Assembly: GCA_946625575.1 (NCBI GenBank)
Contig: CAMOTD010000005.1
Span: forward strand, 34,000 to 97,999
Length of the DNA: 64,000 bases
Origin: an uncultured Clostridia bacterium
GTDB taxonomy: Bacteria; Bacillota; Clostridia; Christensenellales; CAG-138
Direction: 5' to 3'
Positions 8,066 through 17,416 of the stretch are shown here, piece after piece. Under the pieces are notes generated by a model. That model worked only from the letters and a program-made list of their open reading frames with translations, made no database searches and was not told the DNA's origin. The position numbers and the translations under genes are program-made. Position 1 is the stretch's first letter, and the number at the start of each line of letters is the position of its first letter.

Positions 8066-10888
8066 ATGGGCAGGAGCTTTGATGAATGGAAGATAGGCGA
8101 TCCTATGATAAACGAGCGGGACTACTGGCAGGACCCGAACTACGTTCCCGAGGATCCCGAGAAGGAAAAGCTTGTTAAAAAGCTTGCGGAGATGATAACC
8201 GACAGGGTAAAGAAAAAGCTGCTCCGCAAAATCAACAACCGCGACCCCGAATACTGGATACTTGACATGATCCTTTCCAAGGAACAGGTCAAGTTCCTTT
8301 TGAATTTCAAAAAGACGAGAGTGCCCTATTCCGTGCCCGAGCTTGCCGAGATGAACGGCATGAGCCTTGAGGACACGCAGAAAATGGTAGAGCGCCTGCG
8401 CTGGATCGGCGTCATAGAGCAGAACAGGGCCAAGACGCCCGATAAGCACCTGCAGTACGAGCTGCCGATATTCGTTCCCGGCAGCGCCGAGTTCATGATG
8501 ATGCAGGACAGGCTGACGGACGAGTTCCCGCAGCTTGCGACCTTCTTCAACCTGATGACGCAGATACCCCTCGCGGGGATCACACAGCTCGTGCCGCCCG
8601 GCGGCGCGGGCATAGGCATGCACGTTATCCCCGTTGAAAAGGCCATTTCCGCCGAGAGCAAAAGCGTGCCCGTCGAGCATATCTCCCGCTGGCTCGATAT
8701 GTACGATAAATTCGGCATTTCGGAATGCTCCTGCCGCAAGCAGCAGACCATGCGCGGTGAAGGCTCCGGCGAGATACGCGGCGATTACTGCATAGGCGTG
8801 GGCGACATGGCGGAGTACATGGACGACCGCGGCATCGGGCATTACGTAACCAAGGAAGAGGTGCTTGAGATACTCGAACGCGCCGAGCGCCACGGCTACG
8901 TGCATCAGATAACGAACATCGACGGCGAGGATAAGATCGTCGCGATCTGCAACTGCGCTCCGGGAGTGTGCAACGCGCTCCGCACGAGCCAGCTCTTCAA
9001 CACTCCCAACATGTCCGCCTCCGCCTACCGTGCGCACGTCGAAAAGGAAAAGTGCGTCGCCTGCGGAAAGTGCGTGGAGGTCTGTCCCGTTGGCGCGGCA
9101 AAGCTCGGCCGGAAGCTCTGCAAAAAGGACGGCAGCGAGGTAAAGTACCCCAAAACGCAGCTTCCGAACGGCCGCAAATGGGGCGCCGACAAATGGAATT
9201 ACAATTACCGCGAGGACGCGAAGATCAACTGCTATGAAACGGGCACCGCGCCCTGCAAGACCGCGTGCCCCGTGCATCTTTCCGTGCAGGGCTATATCAA
9301 GATGGCGTCTGAGGGCAGGTTTGACGAGGCGCTGAAGCTCATCAAACAGGATAACCCCCTGCCCATGATCTGCGGCGCTGTCTGTAACCGCCGCTGCGAG
9401 GACGCGTGCACCAGGGGCACCGTCGATCAGCCGCTCGCGATAGACGAGATAAAAAAGTTCATCGCTTCGCTCGATCTTAACAGGAAGGATCGCTACTTGC
9501 CGCTCTGCGAGAAGCACGACGGCGGTATGTGGGGCGACGAGTACAAGGTTGCCGTCATCGGCTCTGGCCCTGCGGGCCTTTCCTGCGCGTATTTCTTAAG
9601 GCGGGACGGCTATCCCGTGACCGTGTTCGAGAAGGAGCGGAGAGCGGGCGGCATGCTGGAGCACGGCATACCCTCCTACCGGCTTGAAAAGGACGTTATG
9701 CAGGCCGAGATAGACGTCATCCGCGATATGGGCGTTGAGTTCAGATTCGGCGTCGAGGTCGGTAAGGACGTGACGATAGACGATCTCCGCAAGCAGGGCT
9801 ATAAGGCGTTCTTCATTGCGATAGGCATGCAGGGCGGCCGTCTTGCCGGCGTGCCCGGCGAGGACGCGGAGGGCGTCGAAACGGGAGTGAGCTTCTTAAG
9901 GCGCATCAATAACGATCATTCCGTAAGGCTCAACGGCAGGACGGTGGTCGTGGGCGGCGGCAACGTCGCGATAGACGTTGCGGGCAGCGCTCTGCGCGCG
10001 GGCTCCGACGAGGTGACCATGTTCTGCCTCGAACAGCGGGACGAGATGCCCGCGGCGAAGGACGAGGTCGAGGAAGCCCTTGCGGACGGCGTGAAGCTCG
10101 AAAACGGCTGGGGACCCAAGGAGGTCATAAAGGAGAACGGGCGTGTCAGCGCCGTAGTATTCAAGCGATGCACAAAGGTGTATGACGAAGATCGCCGCTT
10201 CGCTCCCGAATACGACGAGAACGATACCATCACCGTCCCCTGCGATAACCTGCTGCTTTCCATAGGCCAGAGCGTGATCTGGGGCGACCTGTTAAAGGGC
10301 ACCAAGGTGGAGCTCCGCCCCAACGGAGGCGTTATTGCCGACCCCGTCACCCGCCAGACCGCCGAGCCCGATATCTTTGTCGGCGGCGACGTGTTCACGG
10401 GCGCCAGGTTCGCGATCGACGCGATAGCCGGCGGCAGAGAGGGCGCGGTATCGATCAACCGTTTTGTCCATCCCGGCAACTCACTGACCATCGCCCGCGA
10501 CCTGAGGGAATTCACGGAGCTTGACAAGAACGATATCGCCGATCCCGCCTCACAGGAGAGCTTTGACAATTCTCCCCGTCAGATACCCGGCAAAAAGGCG
10601 GGCAGAGCTTCCGCCACGTTTGAGGATCTCAGGCTCACATTTACCGAGGAGCAGGTAAAGAAGGAAGCCAAACGCTGTTTGGGCTGCGGCGCGACCACCG
10701 TGGATACCAACCGCTGCGTCGGCTGCGGCCTCTGCACCACCAAGTGCGAGTTCGACGCCATACACCTGACGCGCGACGTCCCGGCGGCGAGCAATATGTA
10801 TAAGTCCGAAGATAAGGTCAAGGCGCTGCTGCCGTACGCGGCAAAACGCGCCGTGAAGATAGTGTTCAAAAAAACCGAAGATGAATAA
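8066..10888 (+). CDS. multidomain Fe-S / FAD-NAD(P) oxidoreductase (GltD-like core with N- and C-terminal 4Fe-4S ferredoxin modules)
   Basis: CVACGKCVEVCP and CVGCGLCTTKCEFDA ferredoxin motifs. GltD/DPD-type CKTACPVHLSVQGYI...CGAVCNRRCEDACTR. Two Rossmann motifs: VAVIGSGPAGLSCAYFL and VVVGGGNVAIDVA. Confidence 0.85.
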   Translation: MGRSFDEWKIGDPMINERDYWQDPNYVPEDPEKEKLVKKLAEMITDRVKKKLLRKINNRDPEYWILDMILSKEQVKFLLNFKKTRVPYSVPELAEMNGMSLEDTQKMVERLRWIGVIEQNRAKTPDKHLQYELPIFVPGSAEFMMMQDRLTDEFPQLATFFNLMTQIPLAGITQLVPPGGAGIGMHVIPVEKAISAESKSVPVEHISRWLDMYDKFGISECSCRKQQTMRGEGSGEIRGDYCIGVGDMAEYMDDRGIGHYVTKEEVLEILERAERHGYVHQITNIDGEDKIVAICNCAPGVCNALRTSQLFNTPNMSASAYRAHVEKEKCVACGKCVEVCPVGAAKLGRKLCKKDGSEVKYPKTQLPNGRKWGADKWNYNYREDAKINCYETGTAPCKTACPVHLSVQGYIKMASEGRFDEALKLIKQDNPLPMICGAVCNRRCEDACTRGTVDQPLAIDEIKKFIASLDLNRKDRYLPLCEKHDGGMWGDEYKVAVIGSGPAGLSCAYFLRRDGYPVTVFEKERRAGGMLEHGIPSYRLEKDVMQAEIDVIRDMGVEFRFGVEVGKDVTIDDLRKQGYKAFFIAIGMQGGRLAGVPGEDAEGVETGVSFLRRINNDHSVRLNGRTVVVGGGNVAIDVAGSALRAGSDEVTMFCLEQRDEMPAAKDEVEEALADGVKLENGWGPKEVIKENGRVSAVVFKRCTKVYDEDRRFAPEYDENDTITVPCDNLLLSIGQSVIWGDLLKGTKVELRPNGGVIADPVTRQTAEPDIFVGGDVFTGARFAIDAIAGGREGAVSINRFVHPGNSLTIARDLREFTELDKNDIADPASQESFDNSPRQIPGKKAGRASATFEDLRLTFTEEQVKKEAKRCLGCGATTVDTNRCVGCGLCTTKCEFDAIHLTRDVPAASNMYKSEDKVKALLPYAAKRAVKIVFKKTEDE

Positions 10889-11579
10889 GAACGGCTTTGA
10901 TATCATAGAAGTGAGAGCTGGAATAGAGGCCGAGAACGGCCGCTTTGCCGCTCTCGTGCGCGAGTTGACGGATCGTGAGGGCGTGTTCCTTATAAACCTC
11001 ATGGCATCTCCCGGCGCCGGCAAGACGAGCGTGCTCTGCCGCGTTATCGACGCGCTGTCCGAAAGGTTCGGCGTCGGCGTGATGGAGGCGGATATGGACG
11101 CGGACGTGGACGCGCGAACAGTTGCGGAACACGGCGCCCGGGTCGTGCAGCTGCACACGGGAACCTCCTGCCACATGGACGCGAAGATGACTCTGAAAGG
11201 GCTTGAGTCCTTCAAAAAGCCCCTGCCGCAGGTGATAATACTGGAGAACGTGGGCAATCTCGTCTGCCCCGCGGAGTTTGACGTCGGCGCCGATATGCGG
11301 CTGATGATTTTGAGCGTGCCGGAGGGCGACGACAAGCCTTTAAAATATCCGCTCATGTTCACCGTGTCCGACTGGATGCTTATAAACAAGACAGATACCG
11401 CGCCCGTATTCGATTTTGATTTTACAAGATGCGAAGATAACGTCCGCACGCTCAATCCCGATATGGTCATATTCCGCGTTTCCGCCAAGACGTGCGAGGG
11501 GATCGGGGCGTTCACAAACAGGCTCGCCGAGGTCGTCTCCTCCGCGCTTTCAAAAAAGCGAAAGGGGGCGGGCGTATGA
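10881..11579 (+). CDS. hypB: HypB-type nickel-insertion GTPase, copy 1
   Basis: P-loop LMASPGAGKTS, CHMDA metal site, ENVGNLVCPAEFDVG, SVPEGDDKPLKYP, NKTD. The ATG overlaps the upstream stop (ATGAATAA). Confidence 0.85.
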   Translation: MNKNGFDIIEVRAGIEAENGRFAALVRELTDREGVFLINLMASPGAGKTSVLCRVIDALSERFGVGVMEADMDADVDARTVAEHGARVVQLHTGTSCHMDAKMTLKGLESFKKPLPQVIILENVGNLVCPAEFDVGADMRLMILSVPEGDDKPLKYPLMFTVSDWMLINKTDTAPVFDFDFTRCEDNVRTLNPDMVIFRVSAKTCEGIGAFTNRLAEVVSSALSKKRKGAGV

Positions 11580-12232
11580 AGGTGATAGAGCTTAAAATGA
11601 CTGTGACCGACTCCAACGACCGCGATGCCCAAGCCCTGCGCCGCGAGCTTTCGGAGCGGGGGATATTCCTTATCAACCTGATGAGCGCGCCCGGCAGCGG
11701 CAAGACCACCCTGCTTTCACGCACCATAACCGACCTTGCGGGCAGAGCCGATATCGCCGTTATGGAGGCAGACATCGCCTCTGACGTGGACGCGCAAAGG
11801 ATAAGCGCGCTCGGAGCGGAGAGCGTGCAGGTACACACCGACGGAATGTGCCACATGGACGCGGGAATGACCCGCATGGGGCTTGCCGGCATGGAAGGCG
11901 CAAACGGGATAGTGTTCCTCGAAAACGTGGGCAACCTCATCTGCCCTGCAGAATTCGATACCGGCGCTCACAAAAACGTGATGATACTAAGCGTGCCCGA
12001 AGGCGACGACAAGCCTTTGAAATACCCGCTGATGTTTTCCCGGAGCGACGCGCTCGTCATCACCAAAATGGACGCTTCTCCTTATTTCGATTTCGATATC
12101 GAGACCGTTGAGCGCAGGGTAAAGAAGCTCAATCCCGATATACTCATATTCCCGGTTTCCGCCAAGACGGGCGAAGGAATGGAGGCATGGGAGAGCTATA
12201 TCCTTTCGGAATGGGAAAAAAGCCATGCATGA
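11576..12232 (+). CDS. hypB: HypB-type nickel-insertion GTPase, copy 2
   Basis: LMSAPGSGKTT, CHMDA, ENVGNLICPAEFDTG, SVPEGDDKPLKYP, TKMD. The start (MKVIEL) overlaps the copy-1 stop by ATGA. Confidence 0.85.
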   Translation: MKVIELKMTVTDSNDRDAQALRRELSERGIFLINLMSAPGSGKTTLLSRTITDLAGRADIAVMEADIASDVDAQRISALGAESVQVHTDGMCHMDAGMTRMGLAGMEGANGIVFLENVGNLICPAEFDTGAHKNVMILSVPEGDDKPLKYPLMFSRSDALVITKMDASPYFDFDIETVERRVKKLNPDILIFPVSAKTGEGMEAWESYILSEWEKSHA

Positions 12233-12569
12233 GCTGAGCATAGTCAAGCACGTTATAAAAACGCTCCGCGAGGTAGCGGAGGATAATAAAGTCAGCCGCA
12301 TCGGCTCCGTCACGCTCGAGATCGGCGAGGTCTCCGGCGTGGTGATCGAGCAGCTGACCGACTGCTGGAATTATTTCCGCGATAAGGACGAGCTGGTGCG
12401 CGGCGCGCCGCTTTACGTTGAAACCGTCGAGGCCGTTACGTTCTGCACCGCCTGCGAAAAAACGTACGAAACAGTCAGGTTTGGCAGGATCTGCCCGCAC
12501 TGCGGCAGCCCTGAAACGTATTTGCTGCGGGGAAATGAGTTTTCAATAAAGCAGATCGAGGCGGAGTAA
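12225..12569 (+). CDS. hypA: HypA nickel metallochaperone
   Basis: MHELSI N-terminus (Ni site) and a CTAC...CPHC zinc-ribbon pair. 114 aa. Overlaps the hypB stop by 8 nt. Confidence 0.85.
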   Translation: MHELSIVKHVIKTLREVAEDNKVSRIGSVTLEIGEVSGVVIEQLTDCWNYFRDKDELVRGAPLYVETVEAVTFCTACEKTYETVRFGRICPHCGSPETYLLRGNEFSIKQIEAE

Positions 12570-12721
12570 TCGTTTATATGATAAACAAATGATGGGCCGG
12601 TACGGAATTGAATAAGAGGGTAAAAGCAGTATCGTAGGCATTCAGCAAAAAGGAAGGCGCGGAACGCGATAAACCAAGCAGCTAAGGCCGCTCCTGCGAG
12701 ACATATCCGAATAACTGTATG

Positions 12722-12770
12722 AAAAAAGCCGCTGTGGAGTTGAAAGATACTCCATAACGGCTTTCGTTTT
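12722..12770. terminator. bidirectional intrinsic terminator
   Basis: AAAAAAGCCGCTGTGGAGT-tgaaagat-ACTCCATAACGGCTTTCGTTTT. Confidence 0.6.
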
Positions 12771-12909
12771 AGTGTTACCTGCGCTCGACGGGTGATGAAA
12801 CTTCCTCACTGGGATGCCGGAATCGGCTGCTTGTTTATTAGTGGGTAATACAGTAACCGTATGCTGAATGTGTTATTTTGGAGCATTAAGCGGTGGGCTG
12901 TTTCATATA

Positions 12910-12942
12910 AGCGCCTCCGGACCATATCGGCTCGGAGGCGCT
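12910..12942 (-). terminator. hairpin downstream of the protease gene
   Basis: AGCGCCTCCG-13 nt-CGGAGGCGCT. The following T tract on the minus strand is weak. Confidence 0.35.
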
Positions 12943-13039
12943 GTTATATATGCTTTCGCTTCAGGTCGATCAACTCGCACGGCGTTCCCGCCTTTGGGCA
13001 AAAGACTTGCAGAACCGTTCTTCACGGCATGTAAGCGGT

Positions 13040-15967
13040 TTAAAGCTCCGGTAAAATACCGAGCGCAAAGCGCAATATCAACAGCGCGTCATTGCCGCTG
13101 ATAACGCCGTTGCCGTCGACGTCTCCGGCGAGCAGCGCCTCACCCTCGAGCGTGATAAGGCCGAGCGCGTGCCGCAGGGCGAGCAGCGCGTCGCTGCCGG
13201 TGACGACGCCGTTGAGATCGCAGTCGCCCTTGAGGAACGTTGCCCTGTCAACTTCAATTATATCGGCATTGCCGGCGTAATCGCCGACCTTTACCCAGAC
13301 CTTGTCGCGGCTGCCTACTGAAACGCTCATGCTCGTGACCGCTCCGCGGGAGTCTTCCTCGACCGCCGTCTCGGTAATCGCTGCGGTGCAGGCGGCATTG
13401 GAATACACGCCAATGAACGCGGTGTAATGGTTATCGCGGACGGAAAGCGAGAGCGTACTGCCGTCGAAAACGGAAGAGACAAGCTCGGGAGCGGTCCTGT
13501 CGACGGTGATGGGGACCTCCCACACGGCGTTCTCGTTTTCATACGGATCGAAGGGATCGAAGCTCTGCATATAACCCGTCATGCGGAGTACGCAGTGGGT
13601 GCCGTCGGGAAGGTCGTTCCCGCCCCAATGCTCGATCGCACTCCACTCTTCCGCCCCGACGGGCTGATAGAAGGAGACGAAGGTGTTCTGCACGGCCTTC
13701 GGGATGAAACGGATATCCTGCACGAAGTACTGTTCGCCGGTCTCCGCGTCGACCACCTCGTAGCGGAAGGTCTCCGCGTTGCGGAGCATATAGGTGTGCA
13801 CGAAGCCTATGCTGTCCATATTGCCGTCGCCGTTGGGGCTGAGGGAGGAACGGTCAAGCAGGAAGTTCGTTGTGGAGGCGAAGGGGTTCATGCCGAAAAG
13901 CACGTTGCTTTCGCCCATATAGGCGACTGCGCTGTTTGTGCCCCATTCGTTGGGGTAAGCATGAGTTATGCCCAGGTATTGATCGTAGTAGTTCTTGCGG
14001 TCAAACAGCGCGCCGTACTCCCAATCGCCGTAAAAGCCGAGAAAGGGCACGCTGAGATCGGTCTCGCCGTGAAGCCTCACGAAGCCGTCTATATACATGC
14101 CGAGAGGGCAGGTGGAATCTATCGTGTCCTTATAACCCGCGATATCGACAGTGACGTTTACGGTGCTTCTTCCGCCGGCGGGCACTGTCACGGAGGCGGG
14201 CGCTGTTACACTGCAGAAGGAGGTTATGTCCTCCGAGGCGTGATCCATTATGTCGACGAGGTTATAGCCTATAAGCCACATATTCACGCGCTCGGTCAGC
14301 ACCCTTGTATCGACAGTATACGTGAGCGTATGATCGCCGAAATTGACTACGTCGAAGCTGAATGAGAAGACGCCGCTCTTTGCATCGTCGTCGCCGAGCT
14401 CCAGCTTGGGGCGAAGCTCGCCGGGCACGTCGATATAGGCCTCGGTCGAGACCGCGGCGGTGAGATCCGCCTGGCCTGCGCCCTGTTGTCTGGGGCTGCA
14501 TAGCACGCCGTTCAATGCCGAGGGGCGCGCCGTGCACATGAGCAGGGTATTGACCATTTCCATGGTCTCCTGAGCGGTAAGACCGGGGAAATTCGCCTTT
14601 ACGTACTGCTTGACGAGCGCCATGCCGCCGGCAATATGCGGAGTCGCCATGCTGGTGCCGCTCTTTACGTCGTAATAACCGCCGGAATAATCGGGATCGA
14701 CCGCGGCGCTGATGCTGTCGCCCGGGGCCATTATCTCAGGCTTGATGCGAAGATCGGATGTCGTTCCCCAGCTCGAATAGCTTGCCGGGACGCAGTCTGC
14801 CTCCTTGAGGCTTGCCGCGACGGACATCGCCCCGCGAAGGCATGCGGGAGTGGAGGTGGTGCCGTTGTCGTAGTTGAAGGTGGGCGTGGTGCCGTTGAAT
14901 ATGTTGCCTCCGCCCGCAGTGCCGGCGTTGCCCGAGGCAGCGGCGACGTTCACTCCGTTTGCGGCAAGCAGCGCGAATACGTCTTCAAGATCCTCGTCGT
15001 CGGTGAAGCCGCAGTCAGCCCCGAAGCTCATATTGACGGAATCGACCTGAAGATAAGCGCAGTCCTCCAGCGCGGCGACTATATCTATCCAGTCCGCGTT
15101 GCCGCCGTTGAAGACCTGCATGGCGATCAGCTGCGCGTTGTATGCGACGCCCTTTGCGCCGGGCGCATTACCCGCGGCAATCGAGCTGACGTGAGTGCCG
15201 TGGTCGTTATAAGCATATGAATGGGAAACGTCGGTGTTGGCGGCGTAATAATTGAACGCGAAGGGTATTTTGCTGCTGCGGAAAAGGTCTTCTCCTGTCA
15301 GCGTGCCGGGATAGCGCTGCTCGGCGCAGAGCTCGTTTTCGGAAAGCACCGCGTCAATATCGGCGGCGTCAAAATGCGGCTGCTCGGGGGCGGAAGCAAA
15401 CGCCGGATGCGAGGCCAGTATTCCGGTATCTATGACGGCAATGGTCATGCCCTGGCCGGAATAGCCCAGCGCCCACATGTCGTCCGCGTTGATGAAGCCC
15501 ACGGAAGAGGCAAGCCGCTCGGCTTCGCCCTCCGCGTCGACCTCCTCCGGCAGGGTAAAGACGGGGCTGACATAGCAGTCGGCAACGCCGGGGAGCGCCT
15601 TTATGGCGTTGACGAGCCTGTATTCGCCTCTTAATGCAAAGCCGTTGAAAAGCTGAGTATAGCGGTACAGCACCTCGGCGCCTCCACGCTTCCCGTGGTC
15701 GCTCATAATGGCGTTGATGACGGAATCCTGTTCTTCAAGCAGACGGCGGCTGAGCTCGGCCGCGCGAATATCCCCGGCGGGATAATACGCAAGCGCCGGA
15801 GCGCCCTCCAGCTTGACAACGATGTTGACCTCCTCGTTAGGATCCGCCGTTAAGGCTTCCTCCGCACGGACTTCCTTCCGGGCTGCGGCAGACAGCGGAG
15901 TCACGAAGGACAGTAGAATTGCTGCCGCAAGAAGCGCAGCGGCAATACCCTTTATGCTCTTTTTCAT
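13040..15967 (-). CDS. secreted S8 (subtilisin-family) serine peptidase with C-terminal type-I dockerin
   Basis: Signal peptide MKKSIKGIAAALLAAAILLSFVTPLSAAA. Catalytic D (VIDTGILASHPAF), H (HGTHVSSIAAG) and S (GTSMATPHIAGG). The C-terminus has duplicated Ca-binding dockerin segments: GDCDLNGVVTGSDALLALR and GDVDGNGVISGNDALLILR. Confidence 0.9.
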   Translation of the reverse strand: MKKSIKGIAAALLAAAILLSFVTPLSAAARKEVRAEEALTADPNEEVNIVVKLEGAPALAYYPAGDIRAAELSRRLLEEQDSVINAIMSDHGKRGGAEVLYRYTQLFNGFALRGEYRLVNAIKALPGVADCYVSPVFTLPEEVDAEGEAERLASSVGFINADDMWALGYSGQGMTIAVIDTGILASHPAFASAPEQPHFDAADIDAVLSENELCAEQRYPGTLTGEDLFRSSKIPFAFNYYAANTDVSHSYAYNDHGTHVSSIAAGNAPGAKGVAYNAQLIAMQVFNGGNADWIDIVAALEDCAYLQVDSVNMSFGADCGFTDDEDLEDVFALLAANGVNVAAASGNAGTAGGGNIFNGTTPTFNYDNGTTSTPACLRGAMSVAASLKEADCVPASYSSWGTTSDLRIKPEIMAPGDSISAAVDPDYSGGYYDVKSGTSMATPHIAGGMALVKQYVKANFPGLTAQETMEMVNTLLMCTARPSALNGVLCSPRQQGAGQADLTAAVSTEAYIDVPGELRPKLELGDDDAKSGVFSFSFDVVNFGDHTLTYTVDTRVLTERVNMWLIGYNLVDIMDHASEDITSFCSVTAPASVTVPAGGRSTVNVTVDIAGYKDTIDSTCPLGMYIDGFVRLHGETDLSVPFLGFYGDWEYGALFDRKNYYDQYLGITHAYPNEWGTNSAVAYMGESNVLFGMNPFASTTNFLLDRSSLSPNGDGNMDSIGFVHTYMLRNAETFRYEVVDAETGEQYFVQDIRFIPKAVQNTFVSFYQPVGAEEWSAIEHWGGNDLPDGTHCVLRMTGYMQSFDPFDPYENENAVWEVPITVDRTAPELVSSVFDGSTLSLSVRDNHYTAFIGVYSNAACTAAITETAVEEDSRGAVTSMSVSVGSRDKVWVKVGDYAGNADIIEVDRATFLKGDCDLNGVVTGSDALLALRHALGLITLEGEALLAGDVDGNGVISGNDALLILRFALGILPEL

Positions 15968-16174
15968 ATCGATCCCCTCTGTGCAATAAGTTCTGATCAG
16001 GCGGCGAACCGCCTGAAATGATTATAGCATTTACCCCTGCGGAACTCAATACACGTTCGATTGCTTTTCAAAACGGCACGAGGATAACAGTACTCCGAGA
16101 GGAGCGGCGCCATATGGCCCGAGCGGCCGTGAAGTATTGAAAATTCAGTAAGCAAAATATATTGCCGCAGAGTA

Positions 16175-16225
16175 TTGACGCCGTGTCAGGAAGCGTGTAC
16201 AATGAAGATACTGACACGGTGTCAG
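16175..16225 (+). promoter_or_regulatory. promoter plus two TetR-type operators
   Basis: TTGACG (16175-16180), 17 nt, TGT-extended TACAAT (16198-16203). Perfect palindrome CTGACAC-G-GTGTCAG at 16211-16225 and an imperfect copy TTGACGC-C-GTGTCAG over the -35. Confidence 0.7.
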
Positions 16226-16254
16226 CCGATTCGGACAGAAAGTAGGAAGCGTTT

Positions 16255-16884
16255 ATGATCAAGGGAACGCCCGAGTTTATTGCCGAAAGGCGCGAGGAGA
16301 TAATCAACGCCTGCGAGAAGCTTTACAGGACCATGAGCTTCAAGGAGATTACCCTCAAGGAGATCGGGAGCGAAACGTCCTTTTCCCGCCCCAGCATCTA
16401 CAACTATTTCGAATCCAAGGAGGAGATATTCCTCGCCCTATTCGAGCGGGAATACGTTCTCTGGACGGATGAGCTGCGCTCATTGCAGAGCGGCGCGGCG
16501 GGAATGAGCAGGGACGCTCTTGCGGAGGCGATCGCGGAGTCGCTTGAAAAGAGGAAGCTCATGCTGAAGCTCCTTTCGGTCAACCTTTACGATATGGAGG
16601 AAAACAGCCGCATGGAGAGGCTCGTAAGCTTCAAGCTCGCGTACGGAGCTTCAAGGGAAGCTTTGAAGAAGCTTGTTTCCGCCTGTTATCCCGAAATGAA
16701 AGAGCGCGCGCTCCGTACTTTCATATTCACCTTTCTTCCCTTCCTGCACGGCGTTTACCCCTATGCGTTCGCCACGAAGAAGCAGATCGGGGCGATGGAT
16801 GAAGCCGGGATCGCACATCCGGAGCTGACGGTCGGAGGGCTTGTCAAAGAGGCGCTTCTTTCGATGCTCCCCGAAAAAGAATAA
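16255..16884 (+). CDS. TetR/AcrR family transcriptional regulator
   Basis: N-terminal [34 protein letters not shown]. About 200 aa. Confidence 0.85.
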   Translation: MIKGTPEFIAERREEIINACEKLYRTMSFKEITLKEIGSETSFSRPSIYNYFESKEEIFLALFEREYVLWTDELRSLQSGAAGMSRDALAEAIAESLEKRKLMLKLLSVNLYDMEENSRMERLVSFKLAYGASREALKKLVSACYPEMKERALRTFIFTFLPFLHGVYPYAFATKKQIGAMDEAGIAHPELTVGGLVKEALLSMLPEKE

Positions 16885-16904
16885 TTAAACGGAGGATAGA
16901 TATT

Positions 16905-17381
16905 ATGAGTAAAACACTGGTCGCCTATTTCAGCGCAAGCGGAGTTACGAAAAAGCTTGCCGAAAACCTTGCGTCCGCCATCGGCGCGGACATTTACGAG
17001 ATCGAGCCTCAGGTCAAATACACCCGCGCGGATCTCAACTGGATGGATAAAAAGAGCCGTTCGACCATTGAGATGAACGACCTAAGCGCCCGCCCCGCCA
17101 TCGGCACTCGGGTTGAGAACATGGAACAATACGACGTTGTTTTCGTCGGCTTCCCTATCTGGTGGTACCGCGAGCCCTCCATAATCGACACGTTCATGGA
17201 GGCCTACGACTTTACGGGCAAGACGGTGATCCCGTTCGCCACCTCCGGCGGCAGCGGCATGGGCGATTCCTCGCGGAATATGCAGAAGCTCGCCGGCGGC
17301 GCAAAGGTCGCGGAAGGCCGTCGCTTCACTGCGAGAGCCTCGGCGGAAGAGCTCAGGAGCTGGGCGGCCAAGTGGCTGTAA
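16905..17381 (+). CDS. flavodoxin family protein
   Basis: [17 protein letters not shown]...[14 protein letters not shown]...[12 protein letters not shown]. Confidence 0.8.
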   Translation: MSKTLVAYFSASGVTKKLAENLASAIGADIYEIEPQVKYTRADLNWMDKKSRSTIEMNDLSARPAIGTRVENMEQYDVVFVGFPIWWYREPSIIDTFMEAYDFTGKTVIPFATSGGSGMGDSSRNMQKLAGGAKVAEGRRFTARASAEELRSWAAKWL

Positions 17382-17416
17382 GCGGGAAAAGACTCTTATG
17401 AACATGAGAGGAAAAA

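Noticed and set aside
8021-9517. Long ORFs antisense to real genes: 8021..9517(-), 6387..7367(-), 17609..18622(-), 43548..45815(+), 50485..52497(+), 53288..55966(+), 62924..63973(-), 27479..28465(+) and many shorter Arg/Gly/His-rich ones.
   Set aside because: High-GC DNA keeps the complementary frames open. These products are low-complexity (R/G/A/H/V-rich) and lack RBSs. They lie opposite genes with unmistakable domain motifs (oxidoreductase, M42 peptidase, ClpB, FtsX, FeoB, NuoF-like).
12570-13039. A 470-bp gene-free interval between hypA and the protease. I considered a riboswitch because GGGTGATGAAACTTCCTCACTGGGA at ~12790-12815 faintly recalls cobalamin-riboswitch GGTGAAA / B12-box CACTG elements. 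I also considered ORF 12868..13101.
   Set aside because: Only short partial matches were found, and no downstream gene in the right orientation could be regulated. The interval is explained by two convergent terminators. The 77-aa ORF has no RBS and overlaps the protease 3' end. An sRNA cannot be excluded without expression data.
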